A stretch of 41,274 bases of DNA from Octopus bimaculoides (GCF_001194135.2 NC_068989.1:47751566-47792839); one strand, 5' to 3'; positions 1 to 11,939 are shown, counted from the stretch's first letter. Translations and numbers: made by a program. The notes: generated by a model not told the origin, from the sequence alone.

Positions 1-945
1 GTCGGCGACACAATAAATGTTTTATTTTATACTTCTTTATTTTTTCAAAACTGAGATAAAAAAAAGGTCTTTTTTAATCTAAAATATACCCCCCCCCCAC
101 CACCACCACCACCACCTTCATTTTGTACAATGCTCTTCCATCTATCTTGTACACTTGTTAGTCTCCGCTTCCAAAGTTCACTTGTCCGTGACGAAAAACA
201 TACCCCTCCAGTACTGTTCTGACCTCGTCTACAGAATTGATATTTTTCCGTCCAAATGATTTCGAAGACTGCAAAATAAATGATAATCAGATGGGGAAAT
301 GTCCGGCGCATATGGTGGGTGGGGCATCGTTTCCCATTGAAACAGCTCCAGCCTTTGGGGTGTGATCATCGCTGTATGTGGCCAAGCGTTATCTTAATGG
401 AAGCCCACCTTTTGTCTTGAAACCAAAGATGGTCGTTTTTCTTCCAGCGGTGACTTGAGTGAATGTTTGAATGACCAAATCCAAGCTTCTCTGCTAGTTC
501 ATTAACAGTTACGATGGAATTTCGTTCCACCAGGGCTTATAGGACGTCCCCGTCGAGCTCTACCAATCTTTCAGAACGAGGCTCATCTTCTAGACTGTAG
601 TTTTCGGCTCGGAATTTCTGGAACCATTGTTGACTCTGGCTTACGCTTCTTCTCCGATCCCCATATACTGCATTAATATTTCTCGCACTTTCCAATGCGT
701 TGTTCCTTTTATCGAACTCATAAAGCAAAATAGGCCGAATATGCTCCTTTGTCACTCCCGTTATAACTTTGAAAAAATAACTGTTAAAATCGAACAGCAC
801 TCTTCAAAACTTGCACTAAGAGTAAGTATAAAGTGAAATCACTACTTGTTTTTATAGCAAGTTGATGCAGGTAGATTATACCATCTCCCTCCGACTTTTA
901 ATTCATGCAATTGGAAAACCGTATCATTTATGGGATGACCCAACA
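1..945 (-). mobile_element. Mariner (Tc1/mariner) DNA transposon relic, internally deleted
   Basis: Minus strand starts TA|TGTTGGGTCATCCCATAAATGATACG (TA at 946-947), a mariner-like TIR. A degenerate partner may lie at ~1-25 (GGCGACACAATAAATG). Encloses transposase fragments. Confidence 0.85.
60..761 (-). pseudogene. Mariner transposase pseudogene
   Basis: N-terminal HTH TKEHIRPILLYEFDKRNNALESARNINAVYG...WFQKFRAENYSLEDEPRS (start codon decayed to ACG at 761-759). C-terminal motif HPPYAPDISPSDYHLFCSLRNHLDGK (~250-330) matches mariner YSPDLAPSD. Ends QDRWKSIVQNEG. Stops, frameshifts, a large internal deletion near ~430 and a (GGT)n insertion are present. Confidence 0.9.
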
Positions 946-1000
946 TATGTATATATATTCACACACACACATACATATATATGTGTGTGTGTGTACATAT

Positions 1001-1180
1001 TCTTTTATTCTTTTACTTGGTTCAGTCATTTGACTGCGGCCATGCTGGAGCACCACCTTTAGTCGACCAAATAGACCCCAGGATTTAATTTTTGTAGGCC
1101 TATACTTATTCTATCAGTCACTTTTGCCGAACCGCTAAGTTACGGGTCATAAACACACCAGTATCGGTTGTCAGGTGATA
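1001..1180 (-). mobile_element. SINE family B (CORE-like), 3' part
   Basis: Reverse complement of the tail ...GGTGCTCCAGCATGGCCGCAGTCAAATGACTGAACCAAGTAAAAG, homologous to tails at ~3030-3081 and 24790-24840. Confidence 0.75.
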
Positions 1181-1696
1181 TTGAAGGAACAAACACACAG
1201 CGATTGAAACAAGTTAAAGAACATATTTGATATTTATGTAGATTGAGTGGAAGCGAAAGACTTTAAGGACGTTGTTGAAGTTTTAATGGCTCACAGTCAG
1301 GTGGCTAGGATATTCTCGGTCGACCAGAAGCTTGCGCGATGGACGTTTTATCGAAAGGATATTTAATCGGTAGACGATTGAAAGTACACTTCACCGACAG
1401 ATAAATTACTAAACAGATATTTTACTGACGGATAAATGACCGAGTGGATACATAGTGGAACGGACATTTATCCCAATGGGCCTATGACCAAACTGGCACT
1501 CACTCGATAATTAAATGTACGAACAGACAACTGGCAAATTCGTTGATCCATTTTTATTCATAGAAAATGTAAAACTAGGAAATTTTATTAAAATTATTTT
1601 CGATTTCAATGACACACTCGTTAATGAACTGCTAAAAGGAAAAAAAAGAAGGAAAATCAATATCCATTAATGAGAAACTATTAATATCAACTTCAC

Positions 1697-1895
1697 GGGC
1701 TGGCAGATTCGTTCGTACGCCGGGGAAAATGCTTAGCGGTACTTCGTCTGTCTTTATGTTCAGAATGTAAGTTCTGCCGAGGTCGACTTTGCCAGTCATC
1801 CTTTCGGGGTCGATAAAATAAGTACCAGTTGAACACTGAGGCCGGTATAATCGGCTTACCCGCTTCCCTGAACTTGTCCCAAAATTTGAAACCAA
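1697..1895 (+). mobile_element. tRNA-derived SINE family A
   Basis: GGCTGGCAGATTCGTT head, central GAGGTCGACTTTGCC-CATCCTTTCGGGGTCGATAAAATAAGTACCAG block, tail CCAAAATTTGAAACC. About 16 homologous copies in the window. Confidence 0.85.
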
Positions 1896-2049
1896 TATTA
1901 ACTTTCTAATTACATTTTAATATTCGGTCAGTTATCCTTAAACTTTTTGTCAGTTGGCTGAAATGTCCATCGGTCATCTGTCCAGCTATAGTAGTAATAT
2001 TCCGTGACACTGTTGCTACGTATTAGAGTAGTGGCTTCTAGCCTTTCCA

Positions 2050-2113
2050 CAGTGGTTCCCAACACTTTTATTTAAATAAGTTTTCCCACGGCCCTCTTTT
2101 AATATGGTTATCC

Positions 2114-2191
<78 letters not shown>

Positions 2192-2271
2192 TTTTGAATT
2201 TAGTCCACGGATCCCCAGTACAAACTTTGCGGACCACCAGGGGTCCGCGGAGCCCAGGTTGGGAACCACTG
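2050..2271. mobile_element. hAT (Charlie-type) MITE carrying a (TG)n tract
   Basis: Perfect 14-bp TIRs CAGTGGTTCCCAAC (2050-2063) / GTTGGGAACCACTG (2258-2271). No 8-bp TSD retained. (TG)n at ~2116-2188. Confidence 0.75.
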
Positions 2272-2659
2272 AAGTAGTGTCGTTATATGTAGTTTGGAAT
2301 TGATTGTAGATCCAGTTGTAGAGAGAGCAAGGGTTAATGTTTGCCGTCAAGAACAACTATAACTTTCATATATTCACGTAGCATACAATGAAGATTATTT
2401 CGGTGCGTCAGTAATTTATAAGTTATGGACTCTATGCAGCACATTATAAAGTGAAATGCACTTATGGGCTCTCTAAATTATACTGTGGATTATTGTAAGG
2501 GCTGGCTTAATTCTTAATAGATTTACTGGCATTTTCTTTATACTCTACCAATGTAGCCTTCCTTGTGTTCGCCAAAATATGTTGTTAGTCAATATGAGTC
2601 TTCCTGCGCCGTTAAACGTTCTGTATTATATATTTCTCTTGTGTTGTTGATGTTGTAAA

Positions 2660-3081
<422 letters not shown>

Positions 3082-3220
3082 GTAACTCTTAGCAATGCTA
3101 TATTTTGTGACTATGGTAAATTATATTCAGTGTTTGTCGTATAGAATGTTTTTAAGTGTTTGCTTGTGCTTCGGTGTCTGACGTAAGGTTGTAATAGCTA
3201 TACATCTGGAGAGGTGGAGA

Positions 3221-3266
3221 AGATGTGACTCTAGTGTAGATGTGACTCTAGTGTAGATGTGACTCT
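3221..3266. repeat. 17-bp tandem repeat x2.7
   Basis: AGATGTGACTCTAGTGT at 3221, 3238 and partially at 3255. Confidence 0.9.
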
Positions 3267-3427
3267 GCGTAAGAGTTTGCGAGTATATTTTCTAGAAAAA
3301 TTGGGAGACCGTGTCCGTACAAATTCAAACACTGTTCATACCGTGAGGTAATATTTATCCCTACTTTAATGTGGATATTCTGTTAGAATAAACTTTACTG
3401 AGGTAGATTGTATTGTATTTTGTATTG

Positions 3428-3765
3428 TTGGCACTCCGTCGCTTACGACGTCGAGGGTTCCAGTTGATCAGATCAACGGTACTGCCTGCTCGTGAAATTA
3501 ACGTGCAAGTGGCTGAGCACTCCACAGACACGTGTACCCTTAACGTATTTCTCGGGGATATTCAGCGTGACACAGTGTGACAAGGCTGGCCCTTTGAAAT
3601 ACAGGTACAACAGAAACAGGAAGTAAGAGTTAGAGAAAGTTGTGGTGAAAGAGTACAGCAGGGTTCGCCACCATGCCCTGCTGGAGCCACGTGGAGCTTT
3701 AGGTGTTTTCGCTCAATAAACATTCACAACGCCCGGTCTGGGAATCGAAACCGCGATCCTATGAG
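3428..3765 (-). mobile_element. tRNA-derived SINE family C
   Basis: High similarity to 14044-14352 and 35705-36072. B-box-like GGTTTCGATTCCC on the minus strand. Confidence 0.85.
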
Positions 3766-4944
3766 GTAGATATAATGAGAGAAACTCTCATATTGGCTTC
3801 TGTTGTGACATGCACGCTTCCGGTATAAATAAGAATGCTTTTTGTAATAAATGCTAATATGAAAATTTCTTTCATGGTATCTATCGCAGTAATTTTTTTA
3901 TTCTAACAGAATATCTACGTTAAAGTGGCGATAAATACTACCTCGCTGTTTTTATAATATTAGTCATTGAGATGAAGACATCTTTTCCTCACCACATAAT
4001 TATTTCTAAGCTTTTCATGTGGGTGGTGCCCCTGAGTAATTAACTTCAATACTTATTATTGAATGATATACTAATTATTCACAGTCGTTCAGTCACTCTC
4101 ACACCGCTACTTACGGTGAAGTCATAGCTTCGCTGAGGAAGTGAAATATACCTAGAGTTGTGTCACGTACTTGTTGGAATAATTAAGATAACGTCAATCA
4201 TTGCGCTAATATTACTCATTACCGCATACATAATTCTAATTAGCCTTTTTTTATTTATGTTCACTACATTGACAATATAACTTGATATATAACTTGTCTT
4301 TAAATGCTAACTTATTAACTGACTTTTTCATGAAATATTCCTATCGCCTGGACATATAATTCCACAACAGCTTTTGTCTTGTAGATCTATATTTGTATAT
4401 GTATACATGCATGCATGTGTATATATGAGTTTTCTTTCGTTTTGATTCTTCGAATTCTTCTTAGAAACAAGAAGCGGCTTTCTAACAAATCAACAAAGCT
4501 CTATCGCTAGAATCTAGATAACGACAACAATTAAGAATTGTAAGTGGAATTTCAGAAGAGCATTCCACATTTTGTTATGTTTCACTTAGAGATTAAGTTT
4601 TAAAATTTTTACGTTCTCTGATTCCTTTATTTACCTTGAAAATCCGATACTTTTGAGATTGTTATTTCAACACTTAGTAACGTAGTTAAGTTTAAAAAAT
4701 AATGGCTGGTAAAAATGTAAATCATTGGTCGAAACGCTATGTTTTTCGAAGTCGTTATTCTGATTTTGGAAGACAATGTTTACAGACGCAGTTCAGCTAA
4801 CTTGCGTATAGAACGGATTTCCTTCTGTTTTTATATATCGACTTGTCTAACTTGCTTGTCCTTACATTTACTCCTCTACCTGCTTAAGTTCAAATCAATT
4901 GAGTACTACGCAGCGTATTCTATACAGAGAATACCTGCCTCTAA

Positions 4945-5012
<68 letters not shown>

Positions 5013-5174
5013 NNNNNNNNNNNNNNNNNNNNNNNNNNNNNNNNNNNNNNNNNNNNNNNNNNNNNNNNNNNNNNNNNNNNNNNNNNNNNNNNNNNNNNNN
5101 NNNNNNNNNNNNNNNNNNNNNNNNNNNNNNNNNNNNNNNNNNNNNNNNNNNNNNNNNNNNNNNNNNNNNNNNNN
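5013..5174. other. Assembly gap (first of nine)
   Basis: N runs at 5013-5174, 6531-6986, 13941-14043, 16989-17570, 20950-21349, 24551-24661, 28671-28959, 36627-37089 and 38156-38469, mostly bounded by (TA)n, (TG)n or (AAG)n. Confidence 1.
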
Positions 5175-5350
5175 ATATATATATCGTAGACAGAGAGAGA
5201 GAGATGCGTTTTTTTGTGTATGTAGGAGTATATCTTTGTATGCATCTCTGCATGTGTGTAGAAGCATATGAATTTGTTATCTATGTATTTATGTCACAAA
5301 TCACCAATGTAGATATCGATTCAGATACTGAAAATTGCATTGTGGGCTCA

Positions 5351-5480
5351 GCAACGAATTGGCAGAATCGATAGAGCGTTGGACATGATGCTTATGTTAT
5401 GTCTCCCGACTCGCTGCGTTCTTAGTTCAAATCTCACCTAAGTCAACATCGCCTCTCATACTTTCGGCATGGATAAAATC
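5351..5480 (+). mobile_element. SINE family A, degenerate
   Basis: GAATTGGCAGAATCG head, TTAGTTCAAATCTCACC B-box region, TTTCGGCATGGATAAAAT. Confidence 0.55.
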
Positions 5481-6986
5481 ATTGCTAACTCGAAGTGATT
5501 GATCGGCCAAACTGTCGGATGGAATACGTTATGGTATCTGCTCCTGTTTTGTGCACTGTGTTCAAATTCCACTATGGCATATTTGTACAGTAGCTTAAAC
5601 CGACGTCCGATTTATCACAACTACTTTGCACCTAAGGTACTTACATCGGATTCTACTCAGTTGTATTAGGCTCAGACTTTCCGTTTTGAAAAAAGCCTCA
5701 AGTCACTTACAGAGCCTTCTTTGTACAAGATTCAGAGGCCCTGTAAATGTCCAGGGGCGCAGTTTCTCCTTTCGGTTAAAGAAAAAACATTTTGGTGGCC
5801 CATATTTTCCTATGCCTAGTATAATATTTTTTGGTTACTAGAACTTTGTTCATAGCATTTTTGAATACCTTGGTATTTCTTGCACTCATTATGCGGAATT
5901 GATAAAGAAGAGGGAATAGAAGTAACAGAGTGTCTCTTGATATGAAGCTTGTGTGTTTGGGAAACAGTTTTACTTGTTCAACAGTCAAATATAAACATTC
6001 CCTTCGGTCATATATCAGTTGAAAATGTAGTTATTAAATCGAGTTGTTTCTATGAATCGTACGACTTTCAAGTATGATATATGAAGGATAGTTCACATAG
6101 AACGTAAACATTACACTAGTGAATTACTCATAACTATCTAGCATGATATTCCACAAAGAAATTATGGATTATACAGCAGTGGTGTCTCTTGCTGTTGTTG
6201 ACCCTAACACATAACCAGTGGATTATCTTAAACAGAATCACAGAGTGCCTCCTTGGAATATTCACTTTCAAGTATTTGTAACACCAGAGACCATCATTCT
6301 ACTTTCAGCTACAAGTGGAAATAATAACGAGCAGGTCATTGTAAGCTTTTCAAGAGCAGCAACTAAGGCAGCAAGTGTTTGAGCTAAGTGCAGTTGACTT
6401 CAGCGAACATGAGTAGGGAATAGAATCTTGTTTCTCTGTTATCGAACGATATTTTACATGGTTTCTGCAGTATTTTCTTTCTATGTATGTGTGAATGTAT
6501 GGACATATGTATATATATATATATATATATNNNNNNNNNNNNNNNNNNNNNNNNNNNNNNNNNNNNNNNNNNNNNNNNNNNNNNNNNNNNNNNNNNNNNN
6601 NNNNNNNNNNNNNNNNNNNNNNNNNNNNNNNNNNNNNNNNNNNNNNNNNNNNNNNNNNNNNNNNNNNNNNNNNNNNNNNNNNNNNNNNNNNNNNNNNNNN
6701 NNNNNNNNNNNNNNNNNNNNNNNNNNNNNNNNNNNNNNNNNNNNNNNNNNNNNNNNNNNNNNNNNNNNNNNNNNNNNNNNNNNNNNNNNNNNNNNNNNNN
6801 NNNNNNNNNNNNNNNNNNNNNNNNNNNNNNNNNNNNNNNNNNNNNNNNNNNNNNNNNNNNNNNNNNNNNNNNNNNNNNNNNNNNNNNNNNNNNNNNNNNN
6901 NNNNNNNNNNNNNNNNNNNNNNNNNNNNNNNNNNNNNNNNNNNNNNNNNNNNNNNNNNNNNNNNNNNNNNNNNNNNNNNNNNNNNN

Positions 6987-7453
6987 GTATGTATGTATGT
7001 ATGAATGTATGTATGAACGTATTTATGTCTGTATGTATGAATGTATGTAAGCATGCATGCTTGTATGTATGTATGTATGTATGTACGTATGTATGTATGC
7101 ATGTATGTATGCATACATGTTTGCATGTGTGTAGGAATGTATGTATGTTTATGTACGGTATATGTATGAACCTTTGTATATATATATATGCATATATACA
7201 TGCATAGGAATGTATATATCTATGCATGTATATATGTATGGATGTTTGTATGTTTTTATATTTGCATGCATGTATATATGTTTGTCTGTCTGTCTGTATG
7301 TATGTATGCATGTATGTATGTATGTACGTATGTATGTATGTATGTATGTGTATATGTATGTATGTGTGTATGTATGCAGGTACGTAAGAATATATGTATG
7401 TATATCTTGAATGTGTTTGAATATAGCATCCAAAGTAATTTGTTCAGATGTGA

Positions 7454-7514
<61 letters not shown>

Positions 7515-7534
7515 AGAGAGAGAGAGAGAGAGAG
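6987..7534. repeat. Compound (GTAT)n/(TG)n/(AG)n microsatellite field
   Basis: Directly visible; source of the spurious MYVC/HTYI ORFs. Confidence 0.95.
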
Positions 7535-8699
7535 CTGTATTGTTATAGTTGTTGCTGTTGTTCTTATTTTATTTATCGTTGTTATTAACCCTGTCACTGT
7601 CGTTGCTGTTTCCTTAATACTGCTCTTCACGCGTGCGCTCGTTGAGTGCAAGTGCGGATGCACGAATTGATGATGCTAACGTTATATTCATTGATGTCCC
7701 TACTGCAGCTATTTTCGTGTGTCTGCGCATGAGTGTGTGTCTGCATGTACATGCATGTGTATGTGTGTGAGTGTGTGAGTGTGTGTACGACATAGAAAGT
7801 GAGAGACAGGGAGACAGAGATCTGTTGTTGCTTTTGCGCTGTTATTGTTAATCTTGTTCTTCCTCTGGTGCGTTTGCAAGTCGCTTTTGTTGATGTTTTT
7901 AATCTCACTTCTCCGCTCGCAAAGTGTTGTCGTTGATATCTTTGCTGCTGATGCTGCTGATGCTGTTGCTGCTGCTTCTGTTGTTGTTGCTATTGTTGTT
8001 GTAATTGTCGTCGTTTTTGTTGTTGCTGTCGTTGTTCTTGTCACCCGTCGTCATCGTTATTATGGCCACTGTTTCAGCTGTGTGGTTTGTGTGATAATTA
8101 CATTAGCCTAATAGAAGAAACTAAACAAGTGTTAATAGCAATAAAGCATACAGTGTTAAAATAATCATTTAGAGATCTTTAGGTGTTTAATATCGCTACA
8201 CGTCAATAATCCAATGACCTAACAAAGGACAATTCCAGGCTTTTGACTAGTTTAACACCAACTCCAACACTACTACAGCTACCACCACCACTACCACCGC
8301 CAATAACAACAACAACACAAAACAGCAAGACGATTAGAGAATTTTAAATGAGTAATAACTTAAAAGCTAATCACTCTATTTGCTTAGAATAATATAGCTT
8401 GATCATCTGGTCTTGTTATCGTAAAGAAGAAAATGTAAACACTATGTGTGTTGGGAAATAATCGTTCTCTTGCCAGAATTTAACACTCAATTTTAAACGG
8501 CCTTTTCAAGAATAAACAACGTTGTAATTCTGTCAAAAAGAAAGATCTCGGTTGCAAATGGTGTTCGTATTTTGCAAGATTCTGAAAACCTGATTAGTTT
8601 ACTCTAAAAAGGAAACCGTTTTGTTAATGTTATGTTTGACTTTTGTCTTCGGTCGTGTGTTGATCCTCTTTCTTTCGCTTGATTGTTTGTTTTTATATC

Positions 8700-8766
8700 A
8701 ATACTACTAGTAGTAGTAGTAGTAGTAGTAGTAGTGTTGGTAGTAGTAGTAGTAGTAATGGTGGTG

Positions 8767-8797
<31 letters not shown>

Positions 8798-8904
8798 CAG
8801 CGGCTTTAGTAGTAGTAGCAGCAGCAGCAGCGGTGCCTCTAGTGGTGGCGGTAGTAGTAGTAGTAGTAGTAGTTGTAGTAGTAGTAGTAGTAGTAGTTGT
8901 TGTT

Positions 8905-8950
<46 letters not shown>

Positions 8951-8995
8951 CAGCAGCGGCTCTAGTAGTAGTAGCAGCAGGAGCAGTGGTGCCTC

Positions 8996-9031
<36 letters not shown>

Positions 9032-9150
9032 CCGCAGCAACGGTGCCTCTAGTTGTGGCGGTAGTAGTAGTAGTAGTAGCAGCTCTAGTAATAGTAGCAG
9101 CAGCAGCAGCAGCAGCGGCACCTCCAGTGGTCGTGGTTGTAGTAGTAGTA
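8700..9150. repeat. Triplet-based compound minisatellite (AGT/AGC/GGT with recurring GGTGCCTCTAGTGG units)
   Basis: Built from triplets. Unit AGCGGTGCCTCTAGTGGTGG recurs with variants about 4-5 times. A ~200-bp block recurs at 10296-10494. Confidence 0.95.
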
Positions 9151-9175
9151 CATTTAAGTTTAACGGGCAAAATTA

Positions 9176-9343
9176 TTGATTTCAAATTTTGGCACAAGGT
9201 CAGCTGGAACTTAATTTATCGACCCTCCGAAAGGATGACAGGCAAAGTCAACCTCGGCGGAATTTGAACTCAGAGCGTGAAAACGGACGAAGTGTCGCTA
9301 AGCATTCCGCCCGGCGTGCTAAAGATTCTCCCAGCTCGCCGCT
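9176..9343 (-). mobile_element. SINE family A
   Basis: GAAAGGATGACAGGCAAAGTCAACCTCGGCGGAATTTGAACTCAG...CCAGCTCGCCGC is the reverse complement of the family A head and core. Confidence 0.85.
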
Positions 9344-9453
9344 TTTTTAGCGGGGAAAAATTATTAAGATTGCAATTTATTTAAAATAATGTCATTTCTA
9401 ACTGAACTCTGTAATGTGAAGAAATACATTCTAAACATGACCACCCCGTCTTA

Positions 9454-9560
9454 TCTATATACTATATATAAAACAGAGATGTGTGTGTAATCGCTTATCA
9501 CGTGAAAACGGCTTCACCATTTACTTCCATACTTGTGATGCATGAATAATTTGACCTCGT
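9454..9560 (+). mobile_element. Possible Helitron 5' terminus
   Basis: A|TCTATATACTATATATAAAACAGAGATGTGTGTG resembles Helitron TC starts after an A. No adjacent 3' end found. Confidence 0.3.
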
Positions 9561-9689
9561 ATCCTATATAAGAGACTATACTGTGCAATGTGACATTCTT
9601 TATTTGATACGACACTGTGACTTGATTGACATTTAACATCCATTCCCAGTTCTTCAGTGATTGATTAGAAGCCCTCGGTTTCTCTTTCA

Positions 9690-9775
9690 CTCTTTCACAT
9701 ACTCTCTTTCACCAACTCTCCCTCGCTCACTCTCTTTTATGTTCACTTTCTTTTCCCCCTCTCTCTGTCTCTGTC

Positions 9776-9825
<50 letters not shown>

Positions 9826-9949
9826 GTGTTCTCTTTCTGTCTCATTCTCGGTCTTTTTCTCTGTCTTTCCCTCCCTATCTTTCTGTGTCATTCTCTCTTT
9901 CTCTCATATTTTCTCTCACTTTCTCTCTTTCTCTCTCTCGGTATCCTCC

Positions 9950-9996
<47 letters not shown>

Positions 9997-10295
9997 TTTC
10001 TCTCTTTCTCTCCCCCTCTTCCTCTGTCTTTCTCTTTCTCTTCGTCTTTCTCTTTCTCTTCCTCTTTCTCTCTCACTCTCTGTCTGTATTTCTCTCTCTC
10101 GGTATCTCTCTCTCTCTCTCTTTCCCTCTTCCTCTCATATTTTCTCTCCTCTCCCTCTGTGTGTGTCTATCTTTTTTTCTCTCTCTCCCTTTCGATCTCT
10201 TTCTCTACCCCTCTCTCTCTAACACCCCTCTCACTAACAACCCCCTCTCTAACACCCCATCTCTCTATCTTTATCTTTCTTCCCCTCTGTCTCTT
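9690..10295. repeat. CT-rich polypyrimidine tract
   Basis: (CT)n runs and degenerate CT repeats; explains the SLSL ORFs. Confidence 0.95.
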
Positions 10296-10460
10296 TAGTA
10301 GTAGTAGCAGCAGCAGCAGCGGTGCCTCTAGTGGTGCCGGTAGTAGTAGTAGTAGTAGTAGTTGTAGTAGTAGTAGTAGTAGTTGTTGTTGTAGTAGTAG
10401 TAGTAGTAGTAGTAGCAGCAGCGGCTCTAGTAGTAGTAGCAGCAGGAGCAGTGGTGCCTC

Positions 10461-10494
<34 letters not shown>
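10296..10494. repeat. Second copy of the triplet minisatellite block
   Basis: Same unit order as ~8812-9030. Confidence 0.9.
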
Positions 10495-10827
10495 CAGCTT
10501 CTCTCTCTTTGTTTGCAACCGGTGGATAATATAATATGCTAAAGTGTAGCCTAATTTGATATACTATTCTCTGAGCCAAAGTAGAAAACATGGTAACACT
10601 TTGTTACGCTGCTAATTAATAATCATACTAATGTTAGAGTTCGTCACTCATTTCGTTAAGGATTTAGAAAACAGACTTGAACATTAATTATTTTATGACA
10701 TACAAATATTGTTTCTAATCTTTTAACACCGTCTTAAAACTTTATTACTAAGGAAACTTCCTATAAATACTAAGAATTTTCTGCAGTATAATATGTATCG
10801 TCATTGACAGATTTAATGGTAAGAGTT

Positions 10828-10993
10828 TGGTGGGATTGTAAGAGCGTTGAACAAAGGACATTAGGTTATTTAGTTTCGGTTCTTTATCATCTAAGTTCAA
10901 ATCTCACCGATGTCAACTTCATTATTTATCTAAGCTCCATAAAATAAAACTCTAGTCATGTACGAGGCTCAATTTAATAGACTTTCTCCCCCC
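10828..10993 (+). mobile_element. SINE family A, highly degenerate
   Basis: CTAAGTTCAAATCTCACCGATGTCAACTTC and CATAAAATAAAACTCTAG align loosely to the family A core. Confidence 0.45.
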
Positions 10994-11024
10994 GAATAAA
11001 TTACCTTATGCCTGTATGAAAGAA

Positions 11025-11225
11025 CATGGTGAATGATTAGAGTGTTCGACTTGCAATCATGAGGTTGTCAGTTCGATTCCTGGACCAGACTGTGCATTTC
11101 TCCAGTTCGTTAAGCTGTAGAAATGAGTTGCGACATCACTAGCGTCAAGCTGTATCGGCCTTTGCCTTTCTTTTAGATAACATCGGTTGCGTAGAGGAGG
11201 ATAATTTGTATGCATGGACGACCGT
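11025..11225 (+). mobile_element. tRNA-derived SINE family D, deleted/truncated
   Basis: A-box-like TGGTGAATGATTAG, B-box AGTTCGATTCC. Body AAGCTGTATCGGCCTTTGCCTTTC matches the 33448-33793 copy. Confidence 0.75.
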
Positions 11226-11249
11226 GAAAATGTGACAGGAAGAAAATGA

Positions 11250-11878
11250 AAAAAGGCAAGTGAACTAAACTGTAAACCCCATTCCACACCCATCCCACCC
11301 ACACCCTCTCAGACCCACCCCCTCCCTGCAGACACTAGGCCTATCCATTCTCATCCGACACAAAAACAAGAGGCAAACATATACAAAGAAACCCAAAATC
11401 CCTCCCCCAAGTCAAAAAAGAGAAGGAAAAAGTGTAGGATCTATATGTTGCTTAGCAACGAACTGTTAAGGGATTCGGTGGAATGGGACATAAAGTGCAT
11501 TGGAACTACGGGGTATGAAAACGTGGAGGAGCATTACAAATGTGTAATACCTGATAAGAAGCTAGAAGAAATAATACAAGAATATATGGTTGGATTTTGT
11601 TTTGGGGAGGTGGACTGCAGCTGGAACTCATTCCCAGACTTTACGACGTACGATAGGTGGTTGGAGGAAACTGGTATAGATGTGTTAGAGGGTTCAGGAT
11701 TTAAAAGGTAGAAAATGGGGCCGCTCGTGGGTAGGGTGAGTGGTTCCATTTCCATTTTATCATATTCATGTTTTCATACATTATAACATTCATTTCTGTT
11801 TTTTTATATATGTTTTATGTCCCACGTGTTTTGTTTTGTCCTCTCTATGTTAGCCCGCATAGGTAATAAAAAAAAATA
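11250..11878 (+). mobile_element. Polyadenylated retroposed fragment with 153-codon open frame (unknown family; possibly LINE ORF1-like C-terminus)
   Basis: Frame of ORF 11445-11711 stays open back to 11250 (TGA at 11247-11249). Pro-rich, then KSKKRRKK, then a complex acidic/aromatic domain. Followed by a T-rich 3' UTR and AATAAA-A-run at ~11865-11876. Confidence 0.45.
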
Positions 11879-11939
11879 GATCCCAGTGGTAGTCATGGAA
11901 TGTGAAGTTAGCTGTAGAAAATAATAGTAATAAATAGGT

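Noticed and set aside
1632-1895. Recurring peptides such as YFIDPERMKGKVDLG in several short ORFs
   Set aside because: They are translations of the non-coding SINE family A core, not a protein family.
3221-3266. Short direct repeats as a possible CRISPR array
   Set aside because: Pure tandem units with no spacers, in eukaryotic context; no cas genes.
4725-4760. GGTCGAAACGC as a Penelope hammerhead 3' half
   Set aside because: No upstream CUGANGA or matching helix II strand.
5776-6420. Protein-like fragments in unique sequence (e.g. WNIHFQVFVTPETIILLSATSG)
   Set aside because: Short, open on both strands, no recognisable motif or splice support.
4739-7670. Long ORFs rich in X, YI, HT, CV, MYV (also near 16.8-17.6, 20.7-21.7, 28.3-29.0, 36.3-37.4 and 38.1-38.7 kb)
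   Set aside because: They are translations of N-gaps and di/tetranucleotide microsatellites, not genes.
9661-10542. 293-aa Ser/Leu-rich ORF
   Set aside because: Translation of (CT)n and the triplet minisatellite; no domain content.
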